In this document: in pieces, positions 12,965 through 29,379 of the stretch
Numbering within the stretch: position 1 is the first letter of the stretch
Layout of the letters: each line of letters opens with the position of its first letter
Assembly: GCA_964016885.1 (NCBI GenBank)
Contig: OZ024741.1
Coordinates: 327,236,001 to 327,300,000, forward strand
DNA: 64,000 bases
Reading direction: 5' to 3'
Source: Eledone cirrhosa
Lineage: Eukaryota
Notes under the pieces: generated by a model
The model's database searches: none
What the model was told of the DNA's origin: nothing
Seen by the model: only the letters and a program-made list of their open reading frames with translations
Translations under genes and position numbers: made by a program

Positions 12965-13156
12965 AAGGCCATTTGGGGGGGGGGGGGTGAAAAGTCGATA
13001 AATCGACCCCAGTACGTTACTGGTACTTTATTTTATCGACCCCGTAAGGATGAAAGGCAAAAGTAACCTCGGCGGGATTTGAACTCAAACCGTAAAGGGT
13101 CGTAACTCTAAGCTGCTAAGCATTGTATCCGACGTTCTACCGATACTGTCAATCCG
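12965..13156 (-). mobile_element. tRNA-derived SINE (major family)
   Basis: Full body match to the other copies. Confidence 0.85.
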
Positions 13157-13569
13157 TAATTAACGTTGTTGATTATGTTACAGTGTAGGCCACCAGACCA
13201 GCACTCACTGATCAGGCAATATAGTGAATCCAACATCTATATGCACTACGTATAATTATTGGAGCTAAATACAATGCTTTCGCCCAGATCAAGTCCCATA
13301 CTGCACATTTCGATTTGTTGTGTTTAATTTTTCGACTGGGACAGTCTGGATATTATGTTGTTTCTCCCTCCCTTTCTCTTTTCTCTCTCTCTCTATCTCT
13401 CCTTTTCTCTCTTTCTCTCTCTCTCTCACCCTCTCTCTATTTCTCTCTCTATCTGTCTCTTTCACCACTCTAATCTATACTCAATAACGTTTTTCTAATG
13501 ATCATTCCATCTTCTTGTACACGATATCCATTTCCATTTTAATATGGCGAGTATGGTTTCAGTATGCCT

Positions 13570-13780
13570 TGGATTAATTGGCGGAATCGTTAGAGGTCCA
13601 GATTAAATGTCTAATCCCATCAAGGCTAAATTTGATTTTCATTCTTTCGGTATCAATAAATAATGGTTAGGCAGAAGGCCAACAGTTCTGGGGGAGGGGA
13701 AAGTCGATTAAATCGACCCTAGTGCGTTACTGGTACTTTATTTTAACGACCTCGTAATAATGAACGTTAAAGCTAACCAT
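13570..13780. mobile_element. Two partial SINE copies in opposite orientation
   Basis: TGGCGGAATCGTTAG head on plus; tail and body on minus from 13665. Confidence 0.6.
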
Positions 13781-13884
13781 GACATTTAAGTTAAAATATT
13801 TTATTAACAATTGTATAAATAACATTATAGCTAACAAATAGTTGCTGAGATAACGAAATATGAGAAAGAAAGATAAAGCAAATT

Positions 13885-15260
13885 TACGTAATGAGAACAT
13901 GGGGAAGGGTTAAAGAAGAGCAGATGTGCCTGTCTGGAAAAGTGGAGGAACTCATTATGAAAAGTATGAATAAGGGGAGGAGGGGAAAAGCATGGACTCT
14001 AGGCCACAAAAGTAAGAAGCGGAAGGGTAGAGGGTGTTGATAACTGGGCGTAGGGTGTGACTTGTGGGGTCTGCGCACCGCGGACAAAGCTGCAAATGCA
14101 TTTCCGCAGAGAATGCCTCCAGTGGCATCTACTGCATCAGCCACCCACTTCGCGTGCTCCCTCCTTAGACAGGGCGCTGAGATTCCAATCTGGTGGAGGT
14201 ACTCCGCAGAAGGGGGTCCGAATAGCCCTGAAGTCTAGACGTCGACATGTGCGAAGAGGAAGTGGACAGGCAATCCCCGGTATTTGTTTGTCTTCGTTAC
14301 CTTTGCATTGTGGGCCGCAGAACCGAGGTTTTTGGCCGAAGCGACTAAGTTGGAGGCGGAGAACGTGTCACAATATGTGACGTCACAGATGAGGGATTTA
14401 CCTTCTTCGAAGGAGAAGAGGATAATTTCTTCCGGGCGCTAACCCTCACCGCGGTCGAGCTCTGCTAGCTCCCATTTGTAATGTGAAGCCAACTGCATCC
14501 AGGCTCCTTTGCAATATGTGGTTGAGAGCGGCATATTGGCAGAACCGGCCTGCACTCTGGCGGCAAGACACTGCATGCATGCTAAACTTTGAACAACCTC
14601 CCCACAACGGCATTTATGTGGCTCACACACGCGCAGGCCGAGGCATTGGGCCACTCCGATACGAGTACACTCGTCAACAAGAAGGGTTGATCAGGAGGGT
14701 ACCGAATTAATTCACCCACCAGTGTTTGGTTGTGAAGCTGAATGGATTATGGCGGGGCAGTGTTGGTCCAAGCCAGACTCAATCCGCATGAAGGAAGATC
14801 TGCATTTGATGTCGTCCCAGTTACGTTGGATATTTGTATACGGGGGAGAGAGAGGCCTTCATATGTCCAGTCGGCCAGAGCCTGCTCCAGCTCTGGGTAC
14901 ACGTCTTGCTGAGGACCTCGCTAACTAGAGTCCAACAGGAACAGATTGAGGAAGAGTAGAATATTAAGACGGTAGTACCAGATCCGAAGCGGATCGGGGG
15001 CCGAGGACACCGAACCCCGCTGGGAGCTTCTTCTGTTGTCAACGGGCGCTGTCGAAACTGACATTGCAGATGAGTTCAGCACAGCGTCGGAAGGTGGCGT
15101 CGAGTTCACCGAGATAATCTGCGTAGGGGTGACAAGCTGTACCGCGCTGCGGAGGGTGAAGGAGTTCCTCACGAGGAAGAGCGCCAGGTGAGCGTCAATG
15201 TGACACAACTTTTCTATTAAGTCTGCGTGCGTGCCTGGTCTCCAGGTACTCACTTATGGC
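13885..15260 (-). mobile_element. Degenerate CRE-like non-LTR retrotransposon, 3' part with zinc motif and restriction-like endonuclease
   Basis: Minus strand: LGLRVCEPHKCRCGE.., ELAELDRGEG*RPEE..GKSLICDVTYCDT..KYRGL..V*TSGLFGP..ILCGNA. This matches the RPDG/WDVT/VETxG/RGNA pattern. GC-rich island. Confidence 0.75.
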
Positions 15261-15711
15261 TTTCGAGAAAACTGAAGAGCCGTGAATGCCGGCAGCCTCT
15301 TTAGGCGTTCACCGAGTCCCGGACAAGGGTAGTTAGGTGCTGAGTACGGTGTCCTGGGATTCGGCCTCTCCGGAACTCGTCCTATACTACTGCCCTTTTC
15401 ATTGACCTTTGCCTTGTCAATGAAATCTAGTTGACCAGTTTTGAAAAATAATTAATGGGTCACGATATGATTAACAAAAATATCTTTAGAGCGAAGCTCA
15501 TGATTGGGTGCGATTTAATGACTAAATATATATATAATGTTAGATGCTTGGATATATCGCAACTATTGTGTGAGATTTTTAATGTTTGTGGATTATATTT
15601 TTTTTCGTCTGACGTACCGCTTTGGGATTTTAACTCACGAATATAGACTCGGAACAATTAATGCTAAGCATTTGTCGGAATCCCTATTTCTCTCCCAATA
15701 CAATGAACATC

Positions 15712-16083
15712 ATTATTTGTCATTTAGGAACAAGGCCAGCAATTTATAGGGAGGGATATCTCAATTGGATTGATGGCAAAACTTATTTCACTTAGAATGT
15801 TAAGAGGAAGTGATACACAGCGAAACATCTGTCCCATGTACTAACCATTACTGTCAATCCAACGCCTTATTTATTCTTGATCATGGTTTCTGAGTTTGAC
15901 ACAAGGCGAAGAGTTATGGAGAGGGAATGTCAATTAACTCGCACCAGTACGTCACTGGTTCTTTTTGTCGACTCCGTTAGGATGACCTCGGCGAGATTTG
16001 AACTCAGAACATAAAAGGATGTAAGTATATACCACAAAGCATGTAATCCGTTGCTCTACTGATATTGCCAATGCACTGCCCTT
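15712..16083 (-). mobile_element. Two diverged major-family SINE copies in tandem
   Basis: ACAAGGCC tail and GATTTGAACTCAGAAC box B complement. Confidence 0.6.
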
Positions 16084-16540
16084 CAATGTGTTCTTAATGA
16101 TAAAACATGCTAATAGCATGTAAATTTCCGCGGTAGATGTTAGGAAGAATATTTTAACAAAATAGTTAGAACATATAGTAGTAGTAGAGTAATAGTAGTA
16201 GTTTGTTACCACGACTCTTGAACTCACGGTGTAATTTTCCTTTTGTAAATATTGTTGCTGTATTCACTCTATGAATGCATTCACATTTATATATTATATG
16301 TATAAAAATCTTAAAAAGTAAGCAATACTGTAGCATTCCAGCTTAACATTCTTCTAATACACATTAAGAGATAGATTTAGAATAAAAAGCCCATTAACAC
16401 CTCCAACACTCCACCGAAAGATGAAGATGCATGATTTATTATCTTGCTGTACGAATATCTATAAGATAGAGGGGATATGCCACGCAGATAATATAAAGCT
16501 TTCGTTTGTGGAACGTACCTAATTTCCGGATTTATATATA

Positions 16541-16602
<62 letters not shown>

Positions 16603-17002
16603 TACTTATATGGTAATGTCCTTATAGGCGGGGAAAAGAAACATTGCAATCTATGAATGCATTTCGATTTGCTAGAAATTTTCTGTTTTTTCTTTTATTT
16701 ATTTATTTATTTATATATTATATTTTTTCGTGAAAGCAACGATGTAATATGTCTGTGTCACCAAGTCATTTACTCTGTGATAAGATTTACAAAACAAAAC
16801 AGCAAACCAACAATCGCTTTAATAGAGCTGGAAACAAAACTTATGGAAAGTTTTTTTCGAGATGCATAATTACCAAAACACTTTAGGGGGCATAATACGC
16901 CATAATTCTAATGCTAAAATATAGTTTATACAATATTAATCCTTTATGTAAATATGTATAAAATGTAGATGGGTTTTTACGTAATGTCTTTGGTAGATAT
17001 AT

Positions 17003-17135
17003 GAACTGGCAAAGTTGTGAGAACGGATAGAATACTTGGCGGTATTCATTTCAGCTTTCTGCTTACGCAGTTCAAATCCCGCCGCGGTCAACTTTGCATT
17101 TCCTTCATTAGAGTTCTATAACACAAATTACCGGT
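17003..17135 (+). mobile_element. Diverged major-family SINE
   Basis: CAGTTCAAATCCCGCCGCGGTCAACTTTGC. Confidence 0.65.
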
Positions 17136-18071
17136 TCCATTCTTCCTATGTATCACTTTCTCACTTCCTCTCACTCACTATCCTTTTCGGGAGGAAATCT
17201 GCTGTTCTCAGGCTTGGAGAGTGCATGGACGCTTCGCTAGGTTTAAAAAATACCCTAAGAAAGACTGTTTGTCAATATACCATCCCTACGACTCCCTCGA
17301 AGGATAAGGGCCACACCATGCCATAGTTTGGATTATTTAATACAAGTAAAAAGTGAAAATTCTGGCTTCTCATACTTACCACTACAATCAAAATAGTATG
17401 AAGTTTTGTAATTCCCTTCTCTGACCAATGGGCTGCGAAAGAAATGTTTTGAAGTATTTCCGTTCGGGTCTATGCGCTGTGAGTTAAATTGTTGTCAAAG
17501 CCAACTTTGCCTTCGATTTTTTTCCAGATCGATTAGTACTATTACGGCATTGGTGTGATTGTTTTCCGTTAACATAAACTGTCACTTCTTTCCTGTCTGT
17601 TTGTATGTGTGTCTCTCTGTCTGGTTCTGTCTGTCTGGCTCTGTCTGTTCCCTCTCTCTGTTCTTTCTCCCCCTTCTCTCTCTTTGTCTCTCGTCCCCTC
17701 TCTCTCTCTCTCGTTCTATTTCTCTTCACGTATATGTATATATATGATTAAGCATAAATAGTTTGATTTGTTTGATATTACCACAAAGCACAGAATGGTG
17801 CGGAATATTAATCCATTTCTGGATCAGAGTTAACACATAACGTTGTGTAAGTGGGACACCAAGAATATATCGATTACCATAGTATATGACCACAAAAAAG
17901 ACAAATATCAACTGGTAGTGTATAAACACACACGCACATACACATACATACATACACATACATAAATACACACATACATACATAAATATATATATATTAT
18001 ATATATCGTGCAAGTTTAAACTTTGAATAGAGACTTATTGCTAAGCCCCAGAGAGAGAGAGAACCTTACAA

Positions 18072-18165
18072 ATAAATATTTGCTCTACGGTTCTTATATA
18101 TTTGATATATATTTATCTTTATCGAGCCCTCTTTGGATTTTAGTCTTCAAATTTATTATTATTAC
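18072..18165 (+). repeat. Tail fragment of the 21921-23250 fold-back family
   Basis: Reverse complement of 21921-22015. Confidence 0.7.
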
Positions 18166-18393
18166 TATATTATATATATATATTATTCCAATGTGTTTAG
18201 TCTTGGAAAAGGATTGACTCCGCATGTATAAACGCCCAATACATGCTATATATCAGAGTTGGTACTCTGACTCTACTATACATATATATATGTGGGGACT
18301 CATCCGTTGCATATGACACACCGCGTACGATGAATATTTAAATTGGTACTTTCGTGCAAGTTTAAACTTTGAATAGAGACTTATTGCTAAGCC

Positions 18394-18436
<43 letters not shown>

Positions 18437-19071
18437 ACCCTAAAATATTAATTCAAATCTTCCGAAACTAATCAATATAAGAAATGTACGAAAGTTTGCT
18501 AGAGTGAAACACAATGCAACATGATATTGCGTTAATTTCGGATTTAGCTAAAAACGTCCCAGGAAAATATAGTGACGCCAGAATACCTACGTCTTGCTTA
18601 AATACATATAGTTCCAATTAATATGTTTGTGATTGTATTATCTCATGTGTGTGTCTATGCAGGAAGCTACAGGAATATTTCTTTTAATAATTCTTTCTAA
18701 TTCCGTTTAACGCCACCAACAACACCAAAACAAAATACCACCACCACCCAACAACCAACATATCTCGCAGCACATCATCATCCTCAAATGGCATATTCGA
18801 ATAATTTCTTGAATAACTGGTGGCAAGGAGAGTTGTTATGTAGCAGTCATGGATGGAAACCCTTTAAGTCATCGTAAAATTTCTTTATACTTTGAGTTAG
18901 GTAACTGAGGTTGAAGAGAAGGAAGAAGATGATAGGCATAGTAGATATGGTCCATACAACGTATGAGGAATCTATATATTGATTAAAAACATTTACGATG
19001 ATGACTTCATACAGCCACTAACGCACTCGGAAGCAAACCAATCACACATATATATAAATACACACACAGCA

Positions 19072-19103
<32 letters not shown>

Positions 19104-19316
19104 GTATGGGTGTGTGTGTGTGTGTGTTTGTGTGCGTGTGTGTGTGTGTTCCTTGTCATTCTAATGTATAACTATTGTGCTAGATAAACATTATGTTAGC
19201 GAAATGTTCAAAACTTGATTGAGCGGGCAACGTATGCAAATGAAGTAGGAATATATATATATATATATTTATATATATATTCCTACTGCATTTGCATATA
19301 TATGTATATATTTATA

Positions 19317-19355
<39 letters not shown>

Positions 19356-19376
19356 TCCTACTGCATTTGCATATAT

Positions 19377-19420
<44 letters not shown>

Positions 19421-20844
19421 TCTTACTCCATTTGCATACGTATATATATATACACATGAATATACTATATGGATATACATATGAATATACTATAAAAATA
19501 TCAAATGCAAAAACCTGAAATATTCTACCAACATAAGTAACCCTAAGAGATACATTCTTTCTAAACTTGTGTTTGAATTAACATAAACGTGGCATTAAGA
19601 ATGCCTTCGGTGTGGTTCTGTTTAGACAGTTATTGGGTATTATGTATTAGTACTGGCTTTCTTTTGAAACTAATTTGAGCGTACATGTTTCATTATAGAT
19701 TCCTGTGTAGTATAATAAAACTATGTAGGATGTTATTCAAACATTGTTTGGGGTTAAGTGATCTGGAGACCTTTTTGCTGGATTAGTATTCCAGTCGGAG
19801 GGAACAGTTTATTCTTTTTAACTAATGTATTTAAATTAAGAGATGAAGCTTCTTCCTAAAGTACATTCAAATTGTTGCAGCGTTCAATTCGATACTCCAA
19901 GGGAGCGTGACTCTCTCTGTTTGTTGTAAAAACAATCTATTAGGCATGCTTGTGTTTGTATTTGTGTACGCGATGACTTAGTGAATGAATAGGTAATGTT
20001 ATTTGGATTTCTAAACCAGTGTGAGGTATTTGATCATATCGCCAATATCCAAGAATATGTAGTGGTTATTATCGTAATATACAAGTGATAACTTAATACG
20101 ATAAATTAATATTTCTTATACACATTTCCTTAATATATATATATATCACATAAGAAACGGAGAATCAGTGGTGCGGCGAATTAAAATGTATTAGACATAT
20201 TACAATCAATTCTCTGGCGACCAGCTCGAGGCACGATCCATGCAATGATCAAACCTGACTCTGAAATAGCAAGATCCTCAGATACGTCTCGATTCTTCGA
20301 AGCAGAATTTCCAAAATGACCTCAAACGGCCTACCGCATACGGACGCTTTAAGCATCCCACACCAATTATATATATATATAAATATATATATACTATAAA
20401 TTATGTCCATAGAATCATTTGATAAGATATATACACTATTTCCTCTCCCAATTAGCATAATCAACTACACAAAAAACAATTAAACCAGGCTATAAGATTA
20501 AAAGGCACCTATGAAGAAATAATAGATAAATAAATGACAGGAATCTATTCGCGATCAACAGCTATATAATATTTACCCAGCATTTCAATAGCACGTGGAA
20601 ATCGATTAAATATACCGGCAACCATACACAATTAGGTATAAAATTAAAGTTAGAAGAAAAAATGCATATAAACATACCAGGATTATGTTTTTACCCTTTA
20701 GGGTTTCATTCGCTTTTTGGAAATATCCGATCAAGGATCAATTTCCGAGCTTCGAAATCATCAGGAAACAAACTCACTTGGACGAAGATTTTTCTTAAAT
20801 GATCCCCGCCAGAAACGAATTCAAAATGGCTAAGAACTGTGGTA

Positions 20845-20920
<76 letters not shown>

Positions 20921-20921
<1 letters not shown>

Positions 20922-21540
20922 TTTAGCGAGGTTTTTTATATGAAATCGTGTGTCGAAACAAATATTGTTATACTTGGGGAGGGTCATTTTTGTGTAATAT
21001 TGCCAGAATTAATAACAGAACATACTCACTGTTTGGTTGGTTTTCGCTTCTCGCTGTCTTTATATCTGCAATCTAACTTAATCGGTCCTCAATGTTGCCA
21101 TTGACTGACCGACGGTCAAAAATAATACAGATACAATATAGACACAAACACATATATATATAGTTTACATAATTTACATAAATTTTTCGTTGCACATCCG
21201 CAACATCGTCATAAATAAATAAATATATAGACAGACTGAATAAAAAATGGCGTAGACATACAACACAACAGGAGGAAAAAATATAACACCACTGACGATG
21301 TTGCAGATGTGCAACGAAAGATTTATGTAAATTATGTAAACTATATATATGTGTTTGTGTCTATATTGTATCTGTATTATTTTTGACCGTCGGTCAGTCA
21401 ATGGCAACATTGAGGACCGATTAAGTTAGATCGCAGATATAAAAGACAGCGAGAAGCGAAAATCAACCAAACAGTGAGTGTGTTCTGTTATTAATTCTGG
21501 CAATATTACACAAATATGACCCTCCCCAAGTATAACAATA
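20921..21540. mobile_element. Inverted pair of Penelope pLTR fragments (arms ~20960-21211 / 21293-21540)
   Basis: Reverse-complement arms. Terminal ATGACCCTCCCCAAGTATAACAATAT shared with the 2631/34770 family. (TA)n flanks. Confidence 0.8.
21289..21328 (+). ncRNA. Minimal hammerhead-like motif
   Basis: CA CTGACGA T GTTGC-agatgt-GCAAC GAAA GATT TA TG; stem I is weak. Confidence 0.5.
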
Positions 21541-21566
21541 TATATATATATATATGTGTGGTATGT

Positions 21567-21617
<51 letters not shown>

Positions 21618-21888
21618 CATACCACATATATATATATGTTAATAAATGGAAACTACATTAATAAAGCCATATTTATTTTATTATATATTTTTCAAGGGCG
21701 ACCAAGGCCATTTTCGTGCGCTTTCATCAGATAAAATACAAAATTTGTTTCATAAATATACCCATCGAAACCAACCTTAACGGTCGGAAATTCGCTGAAT
21801 ATTTACTCCAGTCAAATATTGAGTGCTCTATATCAGTTATAAACATTTAGGTTTGTCGGAATTCCAACAAATTAAATACAACTTCTAC

Positions 21889-23376
<1,488 letters not shown>

Positions 23377-23404
23377 ATGGAGCTGCGCGTTGCAAATGGG
23401 ATAC

Positions 23405-23917
23405 ATATGAAAAAGTAAGTCCTTCATCAGTGACCCTCCAACCGTCCCAGGCATTTCGTCGCTTTAAGGTCCATATACCTCAGGTTGGTGCGAACAACGG
23501 CTAAAAAAAGTAGTTGGGACACGTAAATAAAGGGGACGTTAGGGTGAACAAACAAAATGGTTTAAGCAACGGAAAGTGAGAAGAAAGAGACAAGTGCCAG
23601 ATTTCTATGAATATAAACTTGGTGAAATCGTGAACAAGAGACAAAAGACCATCAAACCTGGTTGAAATGTGAGCAAGGAAGGAATTTCGCACAGGTCTAA
23701 CGGGGGGTAGAAGAAGGGGTCTGGGGACTTGTCTCTTTCTTCTCACTTTCCGTTGCTTAAACCATTTTGTTTGTTCACCCTAACGTCCCCTTTATTTACG
23801 TGTCCCAACGACTTTTTTTAGCCGTTGTTCGCACCAACCTGAGGTATATGGCCCTTAAAGAGATGAAATGCCTGGGAAGGTTGGAGGGTCACTGATGAAG
23901 GACTTACTTTTTCATAT
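23405..23917. mobile_element. Fold-back element (~195-bp inverted arms 23405-23600 / 23720-23917)
   Basis: Near-identical reverse-complement arms around a 120-bp spacer. Could be a pLTR pair or a MITE. Confidence 0.7.
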
Positions 23918-23940
23918 ATAATATATATATATATATATAT

Positions 23941-25004
23941 AAATATATATTACACAAAGAGAAGTGTGTTACACAGTGAGATGTGTGTAAAGAATTATTA
24001 CAAGTGAGTTTACCGTTACTGTATAGAGAACAATATCTACAGATTTAGCAATTAAATAGAAAAAAACCAAGTCAGAATCAAATCTCTGGATTAGAGTTTT
24101 AAATTACCAACCTTATAACTATAGGTTTGCTGATACGAATCTCGCTTCGTCTCACCACTTATATGTGAAGTATAACAGGTCGCAGGATCCTCCGTCAGCA
24201 AATGCGAACACTGAACACCACACATCTAACCTCATGGATAGAGAGATAGCTAATACTCACGCAGCCCAGAGTAGGGCAACGGTAAACTTACTTGTAATAA
24301 TTCTTTACACACATCTCACTGTGTAACACACTTCTCTTTGTGTAATATATATTTGCATTTGAGCTCAGAACAAAATTCTCTATTCTTCTTTGAGCTAATA
24401 CTACTATTATTATTACAATGAACTGCGGAATACTCTTAATTCCGATCTTTGTATACTTAATCAGCTCCAAATTGTTGAGCTAATAAATTCGAATGGTTGG
24501 GCTGCCATTTCTAGCATCTTCCCCAATCCATGAGAGCTGTTATTCGATGCAAATAGCACGTGATTTCGCCCTACTCTGGGCAGCGTGTGTATTAGCTATC
24601 TCTCTATCCATGAGGTTAGATGTGTGGTGTTCAGTGTTCGCATTTGCTGACTGAGGATCCTGTGACCTGTTATACTTCACATATAAGTGGTGAAACGAAG
24701 CGAGATTCGTATCAGCAAACCTATAGTTATAAGGTTGGTAATTTAAAACTCTAATCCAGAGATTTGATTCTGACTTAGTTTTTTTCTATTTGAATTGCTA
24801 AACCTGTAGATACTGTTCTCTATACAGTAACGGTAAACTCACTTGTAATAATTCTTTACACACATCTCACTGTGTAACACACTTCTCTTTGTGTAATATA
24901 TATTTGCATTTGAGCTCAGAAGGAAATTCTCAATTCTTCTTTGAGCTAATACTACTATTATTATTACAGTGAACTGCAGAATACTCTTAATTCCGATCTT
25001 TGTA
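23941..25004. mobile_element. Rearranged pLTR-like element: inverted copy 23941-24277, direct tail copy 24278-24456, full copy 24568-25004
   Basis: Three overlapping copies of one sequence, containing a hammerhead. Confidence 0.8.
24643..24719 (+). ncRNA. Type I hammerhead ribozyme motif
   Basis: TTTGCTGA CTGAGGA TCC..GGT GAAA CGAA-gcgaga-TTCG TA TCAGCAAA: 8-bp stem I, GUA cleavage triplet. Confidence 0.8.
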
Positions 25005-25337
25005 TATATATATATATATATAACCAAGAACCTGTTCGAAACTAGTCGGACCATTACTCAACAGAGTACTCGATATGTATTAGAGTATGGCTATATATAA
25101 AGAGTAGGGACCCGAGGGCAAGAGCTCAATCGTGGGGCCGAATTTATATATATATACATATAGCAAGATTAGTAAAATAGTTGAGTTCGCTCAACTAAAC
25201 GCGTGACCTTGCGTTTCTCCGTGTCATGTTTTCGTTGTAGTATTGGATTTAATTATATATATATATATAGTGGTAGAACACTAGAAGGTAATATCCGTAG
25301 TGGTAGAGCACTGAGTCTATGAGACGAGTTAGGTAGA

Positions 25338-25612
<275 letters not shown>

Positions 25613-25974
25613 GTGTGGGTGTGTGTGTTATATGTATATATAACCGATCCCCATCGAGGAAATGCGAAACACAAGCCAATGGCTAATGTGGGTCTATAAT
25701 GCAGAATAATTTCACAATACCGTGTAGCATGATTTTTTTCAGAACCTCGTGTTTGTGAAGAGAAATTCTTAACCGCACAGGCAAGGTTGCGCCAATGTTT
25801 CAAATATATATATACAATATACAGGAGGCACCGGAGAGGTATTACAAGTAACTAATACGGAAACAAAAAGTTCAGCATTGTATCAAGGTACAGTGAGCGG
25901 CGCTCGTTCTGTTTAGCACAAGGCTAACATTTTGAAAGTTACAACAAAAAAAATCATGTTAAACAATACGATCA

Positions 25975-26952
25975 GCAATTGAGAATCAATTAAATTTACT
26001 CCAATATTTTACAGGCACTTTTTTTATCGACCCTAGTAAGAGTAAAGACAAAATTGGCATCGGCGAGACTTGTAGGTACAAATCTGGAAGAATACAGCGT
26101 GATATTTTATCCGACGCTTTAACGTTTCTGCCAAGTACAATATAAATTGTTCCTGATTTATGCACAAGGCGAACAATTTGGGGTGGAGGGAAAGTCGAAT
26201 AAATCTACCAAGTACGTTGCTGATGCTATATTTGATCAAACGCATAAGGATGAACAACAAAGCTAACTTCGGCACGATTTGGACGCAGATGGTAAAAAGC
26301 TATATCTATATGCCATAAAACATGCTGTGCGACGCTCTACCGTTACTGTTAATCGCTACACTTTAAGTTACACAAAGTAATGATTTTTAAATGGAAACAA
26401 TATAAAGGAAAGGGAAAGAAGGAAAAAAGGGTCTATCTACGAAGGAAAAGGAGAGAGAGCTGAAGATACAAATACTGTGAAGCAACTGTCCGAGGCTCTA
26501 ATCGTACTGCCAATATGCCACCATTTTTATAATGATTGTTTCTTCTTTTGGCAGAAGGCCAACAATTATACAGTTCATTACTGGTACTTTATTTTATCGA
26601 TCCTGTAAGGATGAAAGGCAACGTTAACCTCGGCGAGATTTGACCTCATACCGTAAAGGGGCGTGACTCTATGCTGCAAAACATGGCGTCCGACCCTCTT
26701 CCGATACTGCCAATACCCCGCCCTTAGATAATAATGATTTTTACTATTGGCACAAGGCCAGTAATTTGGGAGAGTGGAAATTTGATTAAATCGAACCCAG
26801 TACGTTACTGGTGCTTTATTTTGTCGACGCCGTAAGGAAGAAAGGCACAGCTAACTTTGGCGGGATTTGAACTCAGAACTTAAAGGGTCATAACTATATG
26901 CCGCAAAGCAAGTTGTCCGACTATCTAACGATTCTGCCAAACCCAACGCCAT
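25975..26952 (-). mobile_element. Head-to-tail cluster of 4-5 major-family SINE copies
   Basis: Repeated tail/body/head units near 26015, 26160, 26550 and 26750. Confidence 0.8.
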
Positions 26953-27302
26953 TCGTATAGTACGATATAAATACAAAGAAAACTTTTGAAACGATAATAA
27001 AATGTATTTATAAAACATGAAATACAATTAAAGCATATTTTTAACCTCCAGAAATACCAATAAATTAAATTATTTTCGTTTGTTTTGGTAGTTGTATCAT
27101 GTTTATGTGGGTTTAATTTTAACTTCATATTTTCCGAGAAAGTCACGCGGAAATGTTGAAAGATGGGGTTGGGGATAACTGTAAGTGAAAGAAACTAACG
27201 CAAATAATAAATAAAAACAGAAGAAACGCCTCTGAAATTCAAACGTCTTAACAAACAATGGCTAAGGGAAACGAAAAAGTCAACAGAAGCAACAACAACA
27301 AA

Positions 27303-27446
<144 letters not shown>

Positions 27447-27834
27447 TATTGATATAATATTAGAAACATTTTGAAAGCGCTAATTAAAATTGGATTATTC
27501 GCGGATGACGTATGATTCGTTACACCAGTCTCGCCTCACATTGTAACATTACTATTTTGAATTCCACTCACTCTCTCCGCTAGTTCTCCTCATTATCTCT
27601 GTCTCTTTCTCTTTCAGTGTGTCTCTGACTCACTCCCTCATCCTATTCTCCCTCAGAAAACGTGATTTAGTTACATACATTGTCTATTCGTTTATCTGTC
27701 ATGTATTGGGTTATTTTCTTCATACATACACTTATATACACACATACATACAGACATGCACACACGTGCACATGCACACACACAGACACACATATGTATA
27801 TATAAATACCATACATACCTACATATACATATAC

Positions 27835-27901
<67 letters not shown>

Positions 27902-28279
27902 TGTGTGTGTGTGTGTGTGTGTGAGTGTGTGGGGAGGTGGGGATGTTCAAAAATGGAACACAAGCACTACCCAAAGCTTCAAGGCCAAAATTTGACCATA
28001 CATGCAGAATACAAGTGGCATTAAATTTGTGACCTTTCTTGAGGAGCTTATATGTATGCCTGCTCGTATAAACTCCCGAAGAAAGATAACGAAATTGATG
28101 CCTCTTGTATCCTGGAAGTAACTTTAAATGTTGGCCTTGTAACCATTGGGTAGCGTTTTTGTTCCGTGTAAGAAGAAAAATAAATAATATATTTCTGCTC
28201 TTTTCCCGATTAAGCAGTGTTTTCCTTTTTTACTTTTCACACCTATGGATATTTCTACACACACACACACATACATACA

Positions 28280-28350
<71 letters not shown>

Positions 28351-28504
28351 AATGAGTTATATGCCTTGTTGATGAATATTCAACAGAGTTAACTTTATAA
28401 CAGATACGAAGCACTTTACAGTAAAATATTAATATTAAAAATATTAATAAATGGGAAATATCTTTATTACATCATATTTATTTAATTATACATATTTCAA
28501 GGAT

Positions 28505-28638
28505 ACTAGATTATAGTATGCTTTCTTCAGATAAAATACAATATTTGGTGTTAAGATATTGACATGCCTAGAGCATGACTTTATAACGTATCACCAAATA
28601 TTGTATTTTATCTGAAGAAAGCATACTATAATCTGGTA
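28505..28638. repeat. Short inverted repeat (~45-bp arms)
   Basis: TAGATTATAGTATGCTTTCTTCAGATAAAATACAATATTTGGTG and its reverse complement. Related sequence near 21720. Confidence 0.75.
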
Positions 28639-28644
28639 TATATA

Positions 28645-29330
<686 letters not shown>

Positions 29331-29379
29331 AATATAAAATGAAAGTGCTTTTATAAAGGAATTTATTAGGTATTGTCAT

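Noticed and set aside
19550-20000. Possible ancient Tc1 transposase trace (..PAKRSPDHLTPNNV*)
   Set aside because: A single weak motif amid stops; insufficient.
20737-20770. Minus-strand CTGATGA..GAAA motif
   Set aside because: No matching 3' strand for stem I; not called.
23888-23915. CTGATGAAGGAC in the fold-back arm
   Set aside because: No downstream GAAA or cleavage site before the (TA) flank.
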